In this document: one piece after another, positions 1 through 13,743 of the stretch | Layout of the letters: each line of letters starts with the position of its first letter | Position numbering within the stretch: position 1 is the first letter of the stretch | Assembly: GCA_965112735.1 (NCBI GenBank) | Contig: OZ218952.1 | Coordinates: 124,001-188,000 of the forward strand | DNA from: Phaeosaccion multiseriatum | Taxonomy: Eukaryota; Protista; Ochrophyta, other classes | Reading direction: 5' to 3' | Length of the DNA stretch: 64,000 nt | The notes under the pieces: model-generated | The model's input: only the letters and a program-made list of their open reading frames with translations | What the model was told of the DNA's origin: nothing | Database searches by the model: none | Program-made: the position numbers and the translations under genes

Positions 1-2
1 CA

Positions 3-3000
3 GCCGGAGGCGGACTCACCTGGACCATTGAAATCACGACAACGCGAGGCAACATCAGCCCGACCAGCCCCACAGCGGAGAGCGCTTCAGAGGAGGGAGC
101 TGAGGAGTGGCCTCGGCTGAGTAGCTACCTGAGTGGACAGGGCAGCTCTGTCACGCTTAGCAAGGGCTATGCGCACTCTGCTGGTGACATCCAAGCGTCG
201 TTCAACGCCACCTCTCCCTTCAGTCTCGCGCGGGGAGGCGCGGGGGGCAGCTACGGAGGTAGCGGGGGGCAGGGAGTGGAAGGGGTGTCGGCTGCGGGTG
301 TGTACAACGAGGACTATGCTGATCTTTTGGGCGGGAGCGGCGGGGGAAGAGCAGGAGCCTCGCCGCATGTTCTTGCTGTAATTGGACAGGAAATGGGGAG
401 GGGAGGAGCGGGCGGCGGGGCAATTGAGTTTGTTGCGCTCGGCGACTTGATTCTTGGTAACCAGGCAGTGGTCACCGCAGATGGGGGCACCGGAGACTCG
501 GACTTTGATGGAGGGGGCGGAGGGGGTAGCGGGGGTATGGTCGTGCTCGTCGCCGGGGGCATGCTGCGGAACGAAGGCCGCATCTCGGCAAGAGGGGCAG
601 ACGGAGGGCCAACCCACCGACCGAGCTCTGCCCACGGGGGCGCGGGTGGCGGTGGGGGCAGGGTGGCTTTGATAGGGCAGACGGTGTCCCAACCCTCCTC
701 CAGTGGCGTGGATGTTGGGGGAGGGAGCTGCTTCGTCACCACCAAGGCTGGGAAAAGACGGAGGGGGGCTTGCTCCGAGGAAAGAATGGGTGCAGAGGGC
801 GCCCTCAAGGTTGTGAGTCTAAGCGACACCAAGGGGGGAGGGGGAGCCCGGGTAGCTATACATAGTAGTATGAGGAACATCAACAGCAGCAGCAGCAGCA
901 ACAGCAGCAGTAACAGCAGCAGTGTGCACAGGGCTGGAGTTCACGGCACGAACAGCTCTCTTGTGGTGGAGAGGCCAGTGTTGGCAAGTGGCGCTGCTGC
1001 TGACAAGGTCTTGTATGACGGCGTGGAGTACACGTTCGACGAGGCTATACAACCTGAAAGGGTGACAGCGTTTATGATGGCGGAAAGCAGCAGTGATGCC
1101 ACAGCGGCCCCGTCGAAGCTGGATTGGGGGGGCATGTTTGCGCTGCTGGGCTCGCTCCCTACCTTCAACAGCACCTCCAACGCAAGCCTTGGGCAGCTCA
1201 GTCCGGTTGACATGGCGATTGGAGTCAGCATGGGCAGTGCAAGAGGGATTCGACATACCAGGAATTTCGACCCACGGAAGAACGGAGCTGATATTATGGC
1301 GTCCAGCGTCACGCCTCGACGCTGGTACAAACTTGATATGCTCTTGTCTTGGGACCCGTGGACAAACACAAGTACGCATGGCTACGACCACAACGGGACC
1401 AAGGAGGTTGCCAGCGGAAAGTACACTATACTCTTGGATGGGGTAGGCGTCGTGGAAGACGTGCCCTTCTCGGTGACGGGGGGGGGGCTGGGGCGGGTGG
1501 GGCTGTACGCGCTGCCCGCCAGCACGGTCTGGTTCGACGAGATTTACGTGGGACCCGACTTCACCATGGGCTTTAGGTACGTGTGATTCATCTCGCGAAG
1601 GACGCGGTGCCCCCTCTGATTTCTTCATTCCTTTCCTTATATACCCTTGTTCTCAGATGTCCTCTGACTACGAGCAGTGGGATCCAGCTTCAAAACCACT
1701 TTTCCAAAGTGCGCTGGCCTGCCAACGTGGACGAGGCCCTCGACGCGCAAGGGAACGCCGCCTTCGACGCCTGGACGCAGGACGACTCTGCGGCGGACTC
1801 CCCGTTTCCACGTCCCGAGCAACACACCATGCAGCAGCACGAGAACTTCCTCACCACGTAAGGTTTTTGGTCTAGAGTGTGTGTGTCTGGGGGTGAGAAA
1901 CACCGATTGAACCTTCCCCCCTCCCCTGTCGCCCCCTCTGTCCACCAGGCGGAATCTGTACAACGTCGACATTGAAGATCGCCCCATCAAGCTGTTTGAG
2001 GGCGAGGGACAGGCCAAGGTCTCAGCGGATGAGCAATACCGGCACTCGCAAGTTCGAGAAGAAGGATTGCAGGGCGCCGCTCTCCTCTATCTGGAGCCCT
2101 CGCTCACCACAGTCTCTGGAAACACCGTTTTGTGGTACGGGGAGCATGAGAGTGAGGCCGCAACATCCTCTTCCGACTACTTGTCTGGAGGCGTTGGCCT
2201 TTGCTCCACCAACGATATGGTGCACTGGACGAACGAGGGCATCATGCTGCACTACTCGAACTTGACGGACATGGTCAAGGGCCGGGAGCCTGAAGGCGGC
2301 TTCGTTGCTCAGCAAGCAAAAGTGCTCTTCTCGGCCACGAATGAGACGGACGAGAGCGACAGCAGTAGCAGTAGCAGCAGCAGCAACTCTACAGCCATGA
2401 ATTCTACAGCGAACTCTACTTCTGAGTCGCCGAACTTCGTCATGTGGATGAATGTGGAGAACATGAATCGCTCCATGGGCTTGGCTGGAGTGGCTTGGAG
2501 CGAGTACTCCGACGGCCCTTTTGAGCTCAGGAGGACAATGTACCCGGATGGAAATGAGACACATGACCAGACTGTTTACGTGGTGCGTGGGTGGGTGGTG
2601 GGGGCTCTTGGAAAGTTTCTCTTTCCTCTTGGCGAAGAGGTGTGTTTCTTAACTCCGCCGCGACCCCCCCCCCCTGGCTCGCACTTGTAGGCTGAAGACG
2701 GGTCTGCCTACCTCGCCCGTACATACACCACTTCCGTGGAGTATGTGCTCCCCGCGCCTGTCATGCAGCCGGTGTGGAGCAGTGTGAAGGATCAAGAAAA
2801 TGACCAAGGCGATGACGCCAACGCGAAGTTTGGCCTCAACTACCACAGGGCGTTTTACTCGAAGGACTATGACAACTTCCACGACGTGTACTTGCAGAGA
2901 TGGAGGAACGAGGACGTGGCTTGGAAGGTTGTGTGCGTCAACAGGATGACCAAGGAGAATAGGTGGGTGGGTCGGGTGCACCGGAGTAGAAAGGTGTCGT

Positions 3001-3939
3001 GTGTGTATAGTGCAGCTAGCTAGAGGTGTTGACTCGTGCGTGCGCTTGTTGGCGTATGCGTGCGTGTCCAGAACCGTGGAGTTCGGCGAGACGAACAGCT
3101 TGGGAGGCTACTGCAATGAGCCTGAGGAGTACAAGGTGGTCCTTGGCCAAGGCCAGCCTGTGGTGGAATCCAGATTCCAGGTGAGCCTTGAAGGGTGTTT
3201 TGCTTGCCCTCCATCCCCCCCCGGGCGCCTCATTGGGTGCCTACGTCTCCTCTTGTCCCGCTGTAGGACCCCACCGTCAGCAACAATAGTTATTGGAGAG
3301 GCAGCTCGGTCCCTGCCGTCAAGTCTCAACCGTGGTCCGCCAACTACGTGGACGGCGTGTGCGGCATTCGGCACATGGACGAAGACTTTGACAGGAACGA
3401 TCCGGACCTCAGTGAGTGGGAGCCAGTGGACCGGAGCAATTGCAGTAACATTGCCGACAATCCCATGCACGACACCCCGGAGGACAAGCTCATCGGGGTC
3501 CAGCACGTGGTCGAGACGAGGTGGGCTGCGTACGTGGCCATTTCAAGGTGAGTCACTTCATGCTGTCGACCCTCGTATCCCGAAAGAGAGGGCGCGTATT
3601 CCTAAAACTCGCTTGTGCTGCTACTTGCTGCTGCGTTTTGGCAGACTGACCGAAGACTTGCTCGATACGACCGGTGAGCTCGTCAGTTTCGAAGGCAAGC
3701 TCGAGAACGGCGACGACCTGCTCAGCCTCCACGCATCCTCGTTCGGTTGGGGGGCAGCATCCAGCAACGGCAGCAGCAGCAGCGCCTTATTGCGCAGCAC
3801 ATATGCGCCCCAGAACTTCCGCTCGAGGAACGGTATGGAGGTGGACCACGAACGTCGCTTCCACCAGTACAGTGCGCACTACAACGACCACGCAGAGTAT
3901 AGCGTGGCCTGCGTTACGGGGTCGTGCCCAGGGCGTTGA
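3..3939 (+). CDS. Large multi-exon protein (5' truncated): Gly-rich repeat region, lectin/ConA-like beta region, C-terminal GH43-like five-bladed beta-propeller
   Basis: Open frame from window start to donor at 1577. GT-AG introns (first 1577-1656). GH43-type motifs GVGLCSTNDMVHW.NEG, NFVMWMN, AGVAWS...DGPF, PDGNETHDQT, DGSAYLAR. Stop TGA at 3937-3939. Confidence 0.65.
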
Positions 3940-3986
3940 TATATATATGTATATATGATGTAATATATATACAACAACGGCTCTGC

Positions 3987-5577
3987 TTAGCGCTTCATAT
4001 AATTGGCCATTTCTACGCGCACGCCCATTTAGAGGCACAGGGGGAGGAGGAGCAAGAGACGAGGAGAGGAGGGGGGGAGGAGACAGGTCAGCACACCCAC
4101 CCATTCGGACCCACATACCCAGTCACCTAGCCTACCCAGCCCACCCACTCACCTAAATTTCCCACCACCAACCCGCGCGAGGTCATGTCGATGCGCCCGC
4201 GCTGCTGCACCTCGTTGAGCATTTGGCACAGCGAGCAGGGCAAGCAGCAAGTATTCAGCATGCAGTCATTCGCGCAGCTGCCCTCGATGTTGTACGCCGA
4301 GCGAACCATGGACCGCGCTATACAGGGCGTGAGAAGGAGGCAGTTGAATATCCAGTCCGTCCCGTCCAAGCTGTTGCGGATGCTGCCCACTGCGCAGGGC
4401 CAGCAAATGCCCGCATAGAAGCAGTTGCCCGGGTCCTCGCAGCAGCTGCACAGTCCGAACTTCCACGGCTGCAAAACTGCGATTGGGAGCGAAGGAATGG
4501 AGCAGGATGGGCAAGCTCAGTCAAAGCTCTCTGCGTGCGGCCGGCCACGCAGCTCAACCCCCCTCCAATTAAGACTTACAGGTTGTTCGGTGCGGGTGTC
4601 GACCCCACTCGTTCAGAATGGATCCTCGCTCCTCCGTCTCGTTCAGCAGCTGGACACTTACACAGGGCGTGCAGAGTAGCCCGGCGCACAAATCACTCCC
4701 GCAATGGCCCCTGATGTTATAGCCCTGTTGGATCGATCGTGTTGTTTTCAGGCTAAAAGTGCACGTTGTGAAGCCTGATACCCCTATAAAATAAAGAGAA
4801 CCGTGCCTTGACTTGCACTCAAAACTTCGCCACCGACCAGCACCAGCCTCCTTGCTGCTCACCTTTCGAATGTAGTTCCTCGCCACGCAAGGACTCATGC
4901 ACAAACAGTTTAAAGCCCAAGAAGAGCTATCGAAACGGTTGACGGCCGTGGCAGTCGCACATGGGATGCAGAAACAGCCGTAGGCACCTGCGAGCACAAG
5001 GGAGAAGACACTTAGATGACGCAACCCAAGCGAACTGCTGACCCTCCACTCACATGTGTCCATAAAGTGGCAGCAGCCCATAAGGGTGTTGACCCACTTC
5101 CGGGGGTCCTGTTTTCACGCGCAGGAGAACCGAAACAAATCACAACAAGCCCAACCTACATCCTGCCTTTGTTTTGTTACTCCGGTACGTGCATGAAAGC
5201 GAACATCAACACCACCTTCTCCCCCACACAATGCCTCCTTCCTATCCCAACTGTTCCTCCCTTCTCCGGCCGCTGATCCCTCGACACCACCACACCACCC
5301 TCCCACCAATATACTCTTCTCAACCTCCTCCTATGCTCGGGGTAAAGCTGAGGCTTAATCACAGGTAGCGAGTTTCGATAAGGACAGTGTTGGCTCCGCC
5401 AAAAAAAAACACACCCTTACCGCGTTGGCCTTCTCGCGTTGCAAGTCCACCACACCGTCATCGTCGGCAGTCTGAGTGAGGGTCATGCACACATCCAGCA
5501 CACAGCGCAGCAGGTCAAGAGAGCGGAAGGCGGGAACGGGCACTCCTTCAGGCGGGGGCACGTACCTGGAAGACCAT
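3987..5577 (-). CDS. Cys-rich protein with two tandem PLAC8 (DUF614/PCR-like) domains
   Basis: Spliced exons MVFQ / TADDDGVVDLQREKANA / DPRKWVNTLMGCCHFMDTC / YGCFCIPC...RNYIRK / GYNIRGHCGSDLC...CTPCVSVQL / PWKFGLCSCCED...CWPC...YNIEGSCANDC...CCLPCSLCQ. Last exon EMANYMKR*. 5' exon structure less certain. Confidence 0.8.
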
Positions 5578-6486
5578 GGCGCGCTCTGCCTCGGACCTTC
5601 TCTCCACTTTCTCCGGGCCGCCCTTCTGCAAAGCCGTAGTACTATTGGCGGTCGAGGCCGCGGATCGCGAGGACTTGAGGGATCGGTGAGACCTAGACGT
5701 TCTCCCCGAACGCCCACTCCTCACGGAGGACGTGTCCGACCCGCGGCGAGGCTTGCAACATTTACGGGGGGGGGGGCAGTGTTAAAAGATCACAATTAGC
5801 GGCCTTTCCCCCCTTCCCCTCTCTCCGTTCTAACTCCTCTTATTGCTTCTGGGGGGGGGGGTATGGAATGGATCGTCTGCCCCATCGGGGCTATGTGTCA
5901 TCCTGACACACATCTATACTGATAAAAGCTAGTAAGCAGCACCTCCCAACTCTTCCTCCTCTTGTCTCGGTCGTATTCTTATTTCAGATTAGATTCTTCG
6001 AATGTAATGCATCTTTGCCCATGTTCCGACTCACCATTTCTCCTTTCCGCAAAGAAGCTACTGGCTGCTCCCCCCTCCCTCTCTCTCTCGCTCACCCTCT
6101 CGCCCTTGTCCCGAGATTCTCTCTGCTTTTTTCTTTTTCTTTTTTTCTGTCAACACACTGTCCCTCACCATGTACACCCTCCAGCCGAAATCTGTGAACA
6201 TAGCCGAAATGTAGGAAACAATTTTGACAAAAGTCAATAGTCGAGAGAAAAAGAAAAAAGAAAGTGAAGTTGAGCGGAGCAAATCGCTCTTGAGGTGGGT
6301 GCCTGCCGAAGATGGCTTGCAGAAGGTCAAGAGGGGAGGAGGAAATGAAAATCGCAGTGAGTAAGTGGAAGGAATTTAGTTAAAAGAAGAAAAAAGAAAG
6401 AGAGATGCCCTTCCTTCTCTTCCCCCACTATTCTTGCTTACCATCCCTCTCTCCTTGTACTCGCTTACTACAGGCAATCAGCGCCT

Positions 6487-7845
6487 ATGTACCTTTCGCT
6501 GATCCGGCGCGGGGTTCTTCCGCGTGGCCTTGGCCGTGCCTTGCCCCCTCTTGCCTCGCGGGGCAAGCACGACTCTGTGGATCCTGCCTATGAAGAGACA
6601 CTGGGCGAGACTGGTTGTGAAAAGACGAGTGCTGATATTAATCGCGTAGTGAAAACCGATACGCCAGATGCCACACGAATGGTGAGTGTCGAGGGAGAGA
6701 GAGAGGGAGTGGGTGAGGGAGAAAAAAGTTCAGATAAAGTTGGGGGCAAATGCAAATAGAAGGCAGGGGCAGGGGAACTCAAGAGGAGAGGGATGAGAGA
6801 AATTTTCGTACGTATGCCGTCAGGAAAGAAGTTTTGGGGGCATTAGTATCTTCTCCACCTGACTGACTGCCTCTCCTACTGGCCATCTCTCCTTTCCTCC
6901 TGAGTGCCTCTCCTCTCCTCTTGACTGCCTGTCCTCCCCCCTATCTTTGCTCATCAGGCCTTCACTGGTGTGTATGGCAAGGACAATAATCCGGCGTCGT
7001 TTCAAGACGATATTCTGCGGCAGGGAGTGAAGGGGTCAGGGCAGGGCTCGTTGACAAAGCCCCCCTCTGCTGGAGACGCAAGGGCGATGTACGATATGGT
7101 GTACGTAGAAGGGGACGACAAAGACTACCAGAAATCCAGCGCCGACATCAAGAGGGTTGTCACGCCCGAGACCCCAGACCTGTCGAGGCTCGTCTTTGCC
7201 GACAGTGCGTACGGAAAAGATCCAAACGAGCCTGCCTTTGCTGAGGCGAGCCGGAGCAAGGCTCATGAGCTCAAGGGGTCGGGGCAGGGCTCGTCGACAA
7301 AGGCCCCCTCTGCTGGAGACACAAGGGCGATGTACGATGTGGAGTATGTGGAAGGGGACGAAACAGACTACCAGAAATCCAGCGCCGACATTAAGAGGGT
7401 CGTCACGCCCGAGACCCCAGACCTGTCGAGGCTCGTCTTTGCCGACAGTGCGTACGGAAAAGATCCAAACGAGCCTGCCTTTGCTGAGGCGAGCCGGACC
7501 AAGGCTCATGAGCTCAAGGGGCAGGGCGCGTCGTCGTCGACAATTCCCCCCTCTGCTGGAGACGCAAGGGCAATGTACGACAGTGAACTAGTGGAAGGGG
7601 ACGAACAGGACTACGCTCGAACCAGCGAAGAAATTTCGCGTAAAGTGACGAAGTCTCCGGCCTCCTCTCGCCTCAGCTTTTTCGGGGAGGAGGTGCTGGA
7701 CGGAGCAGAGCCGGAGAGCCACGAGGAAGTGTTGGAGCAGGAAGCAGCCAAGAAAGCAGCGTCCGAGAGGCCCTCTAAGGTACACAGCAAGCGATCTCAC
7801 TGGGAGAGTGCGTATAGCGACGGCGACGATGTAAAAAAACCTTGA
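6487..7845 (+). CDS. Unknown protein with mitochondrial-type presequence and 81-aa internal tandem repeats
   Basis: Arg/Leu-rich, acid-free N-terminus MYLSLIRRGVLPRGLGRALPPLASRG. Intron 6682-6957 joins exon 1 in frame to ORF 6970-7845. Confidence 0.75.
7030..7620 (+). repeat. Coding tandem repeat, 243-bp unit, about 2.5 copies
   Basis: AAGGGG anchor at 7030, 7273 and 7516 (243-bp spacing). Copies 1 and 2 are nearly identical in DNA. Confidence 0.95.
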
Positions 7846-7959
7846 TTTTGATGAAGTACAATCATAGCTCTAATGTAATGGGAGGGGGGAAGGGGAAGGG
7901 GAAGGTTTTTTCCTCTCACCAACAACCGCAGACAGCGAATCTCCCTCAGCGGCCATCTG

Positions 7960-9344
7960 CTATTGCCATGGCCATTTGGAGCCACCTTCTTCGGCCTTCT
8001 GCTTCCGCCTCCGGTCCTTCTCCTCCATCACTTGTTGCCACTTCTCTTGCTTCACTCTGCTGTCTTCGCCTGCCTCTTCCATCCTCCTGCGAAGCCCCTT
8101 CCAAAATGCGCCTGCCTCTTCTCGCGCAGGTGGGGGGGCCACCTTGGGTGTGTTGGGGCCCATGTCGGGGGCAACGGGTGAGACACCACCCACAATATCT
8201 TTGCTCGTCGGCATAGCGCCCCCCTTAGCACTAGTACCGCCGTGTGGGGCATGGTGCTGGCCGCCCAGACCACTACCTCGGACAAGCCCCCCGAGGCCCC
8301 GCTTCTCCCTGTCCTTCTTCTGAACCTGACGGGCTCGCACCCTGGCCGCGTACGCGTCTGCAATGTCGTCACTGTTCATGTCTTTGTACTGAGCTAAGAT
8401 GGGCCGCACGTCGGACACATCTTCCATCGCAATAGCACGGAGGAAGGGAATGAGGCGAACAAGGGACCGGTCTGCCTGGGACCCTTCTTCTTCTGCCTTG
8501 TATGGCACAATCTTAATCACGTGCTCGGCCAAGCTCACGTTCTTCTCGTCCTGCGTATAGGAAAAGTAGGTTTTCATGTGCTTTAGCTCAGGCTGTGTTC
8601 GTGTGAATGCAGGGACCCCTGAACGGTACGCACCTTGTCCACCACCACGATTCGGGGAACGGGACGATTGAGCTTTGAAATATCCTTGATGTGCCGGCCT
8701 TTGACGTACTTCGTGGATTCGCGGAACAGTGGAAACACCGGCGCCTGCAGGTCCTTTGTCAAGGACGCAATGATGGGCTCTGCCGTACCAAAATTCTGGT
8801 CCGTCTGGATGACAATTTCATAGTATAGACACATTTCCTTGAGGAATTCATCCACTCCTGGCCTCTTGGCGACCCTCCACCCACGCTTACGGTCCCACAC
8901 GTTGGACACCAGCGTTCCGTCCAGGTCCAACACCAGCGTCGGCGGCGCCGGAACGTGCGCCGGAACGCCCGGTGGGGGCCAGCTGCTCAGGAGCTCCTCG
9001 CGGTTTGTATTTGTGAAAGGAGACGCAATCTCGTCCCACTGCGCGGTAATCCAGCGCCCTGCCGTGTCCAACGGAGAGCCACGCAACACTTCCGACACAC
9101 GGTCGCTGTAGAAGTAGCACACACTACACACCCCTGCACCAGCTCCAATCACCGCCAGCGTCTTCCAGCCCTGCTGTGGATTCGACTTTCTGGCGCTTGA
9201 TTTGAGGCGTGCTCTCCTCCCCTTGCGGACTGCGAAAATCTCTTCTCTGGTGGGTCCCGCAGTAGAGCTAGAGCTACTTAGCCTGCGAGCCAGCACCCCG
9301 GATACTCTTGGTGGGTGCGTCGACAATGTTCGCCACAGCAGCAT
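7960..9344 (-). CDS. TIM50: Mitochondrial import inner membrane translocase subunit TIM50 (FCP1/NIF domain)
   Basis: Presequence, TM segment, then PPTLVLDLDGTLV..WDRKRGWRVAKRPGVDEFL...YEIV, KDISKLNR, DVRPILAQY. One intron near 8553-8634. Confidence 0.92.
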
Positions 9345-9546
9345 CTTTCTCTGCCTTTCTCCGCGCTCCCTCTTCGTCCTCGCAGTTGCTTTCTGCCTTT
9401 TCGGCGTGCCTATCCTTGCTTTTCTAGTAAGACGGAGAAAGGGGGAGAGAGGAAGAGAGAGGAGAGGAGGGGGAAGGGAGGACCTTCTGGTGCCATCTGC
9501 GCTGCCCAATAGTAACGTGTCGAGAATTGACCCCTTTTCTCCTCAA

Positions 9547-9760
9547 TTTCCTCCTTTCCGCCCCTCATGATACTGAGATATGTACAACTCTCAAAGGGTC
9601 GAAGGCAGAAAGGTGCTACAATAGGGCTAGGCCAAACCCCAGAGCTCTAGCCCTTTCCTCCTTTCCGCCCCTCATGATACTGAGATATGTACAACTCTCA
9701 AAGGGTCGAAGGCAGAAAGGTGCTACAATAGGGCTAGGCCAAACCCCAGAGCTCTAGCCC
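9547..9760. repeat. Perfect 107-bp tandem duplication (2 copies) between TIM50 5' end and SRP54 3' end
   Basis: 9547-9653 is identical to 9654-9760. Each unit contains inverted repeats. Confidence 0.95.
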
Positions 9761-10049
9761 GGTCGAATTTTGCCTCTAGACCTAGGCGTTTTGTATGAGG
9801 GCCGATGTGGTCACTCCCCAGGCGCGTCACTTTCCTCCGAGCGAACCATAGAGACAACGTCAAGGCCTGCTCGAGGGCCTCAGCAACTGTCGTTGACATA
9901 CGACTGTCTCCCCGGCATGCACGGGCCCATGCACGGGGAAAGGCTGAGCAAGCACTGTCCTTATCAACTCTCCTTGTGAGCCAACCTTGTCCTCGCGTGT
10001 AGGCGGAGTGTGATATATTATGGGGAAGAAGGGAAGGAAAATCAGTTAT

Positions 10050-12270
<2,221 letters not shown>

Positions 12271-12471
12271 CTTGTCCAAAGACCTGTGGACACAGTTTAT
12301 ATAGGTCAAAAATGGGAGGGGCCTTCCGGAGGCGTCGCCAAATTAAGGTATATGCCCAACACGGGAAGTAGCATTGCTTTGTTTTCCATTTTGACTTTGA
12401 GGGAATGTGGAGAACCGTCCGAAGAAAGAAGTGAGTGCCCCGTGGTCCGTCCCCCAGCCCGCTCTGCGAGG

Positions 12472-13689
12472 ATGAGCGATGGCGGCCAACCTACACGTAT
12501 ATCGGACGAGGGGCCTCTGAAGAAGGTGGCGTTCCCGAACTTTTCGTCTGGGCAGGGAGTGAAGCACCCAGGACCTCTGGCTCACCCAGCTGTTGCTGGA
12601 GCCTCGTCGGGACAAGCCGCGGCAGGAGCAAGGCTGGAATCGGGAGGTTACGAGGCAAGTTCGTCCACACTGGAGGAGTTGGTGAAGTTGTTTAGCGATG
12701 CTGCGGCCCGACCTGGCGTGGCGAAAGGCACCGGAGGAACCTTGGACAGCCTCCTCGTCCAAATCCGTCAGCGTGCTTTTACGCAGGTCGGAGCGATTGC
12801 TGCGATGATGCTCTCCAACGGACTGCCCACCGTGGAAGAATCCCGCGTGCGCCTCGCCAAGGCCGTGAGTTGCTTTCGCCTACGGCGGTACAGTGAAGCG
12901 CGCGAGGACTTGAACTTGCTCTTGACTCGGGCACGGGCTTCGGGCGCAGAGGTGCCCCCTACTGTCTACATGACGCTGGTGCAAGTGGAGGCCGCGCAAG
13001 GAAACATGCTGGAGGCAACGGATATGCTCCTGGCATGGAGACGGAGACTGGAGGAGGAGGGAGACCAGGGGGGGGGTGCCCTGGAGAGCGGGGTTTGGAG
13101 AAGAAAGATTAACGTGGCTCTCGTAAACATATTGGTCAAGCAGAGCAAGTGGAGAGGTGCGTTGCGCCTGCTTCACACGATGGAGCTGGAAGATGTCACG
13201 GGGAGAAACGATGTTTTGAGAAGCATTGGAAAGGTCTTTCTTCAGATGGGTCACCTGCCTGCTGCAGAGGAGTACTTTCGTCGAGCGGCACTCGTAGAAG
13301 GCGCGAGCCTGGGAGGGGCACACCTCGACCGCGGAATGCTGGCATTTGCAAAGGGAGACTTTTCGGGCGCGCAGACGGCATTTCAATCAGCCTTGGAGGC
13401 AGCAAAAGCGGAGGCAACCCCCCCCCTCGTGCTCTCTGCAGTCAATAACTTGGGCATCGCGGCCTTGTATACGTGCGACATTACCTCGGCCCTCGTGACA
13501 ATAGAAGACCTGCTTCGGCAAGACCCGGTGCTGTACATGACAGAGGTTACCGTCTTCAACCTCTGCACATTGTACGATTTGGCCTTTGACAATGTGCAAA
13601 GCGAGAAGCGAAAACAGGTGCTGCAAGCGGTCGGCAGTCGCTTTCATCTCGACGACATTCATCCATCCTCCTTCCGCCTGCAACCGTAA
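12472..13689 (+). CDS. TRAPPC12: TPR protein, TRAPPC12/TTC15-like
   Basis: Single exon with TPR helices; C-terminal NNLGIAALY and VFNLCTLYDL characteristic of TRAPPC12. Confidence 0.75.
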   Translation: MSDGGQPTRISDEGPLKKVAFPNFSSGQGVKHPGPLAHPAVAGASSGQAAAGARLESGGYEASSSTLEELVKLFSDAAARPGVAKGTGGTLDSLLVQIRQRAFTQVGAIAAMMLSNGLPTVEESRVRLAKAVSCFRLRRYSEAREDLNLLLTRARASGAEVPPTVYMTLVQVEAAQGNMLEATDMLLAWRRRLEEEGDQGGGALESGVWRRKINVALVNILVKQSKWRGALRLLHTMELEDVTGRNDVLRSIGKVFLQMGHLPAAEEYFRRAALVEGASLGGAHLDRGMLAFAKGDFSGAQTAFQSALEAAKAEATPPLVLSAVNNLGIAALYTCDITSALVTIEDLLRQDPVLYMTEVTVFNLCTLYDLAFDNVQSEKRKQVLQAVGSRFHLDDIHPSSFRLQP

Positions 13690-13743
13690 ACGACCTGACA
13701 TGAGATCCAGAAACCAAACAAAAACGGAGTGTATTTCTTTCTT

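Noticed and set aside
9547-9760. Possible CRISPR-like array
   Set aside because: Only two contiguous identical units, no spacers, no cas genes, eukaryotic context.
9934-9950. GGGGAAAGGCTGAG resembling the RNase P RNA CR-I motif
   Set aside because: No complementary CR-V/P4 partner found downstream.
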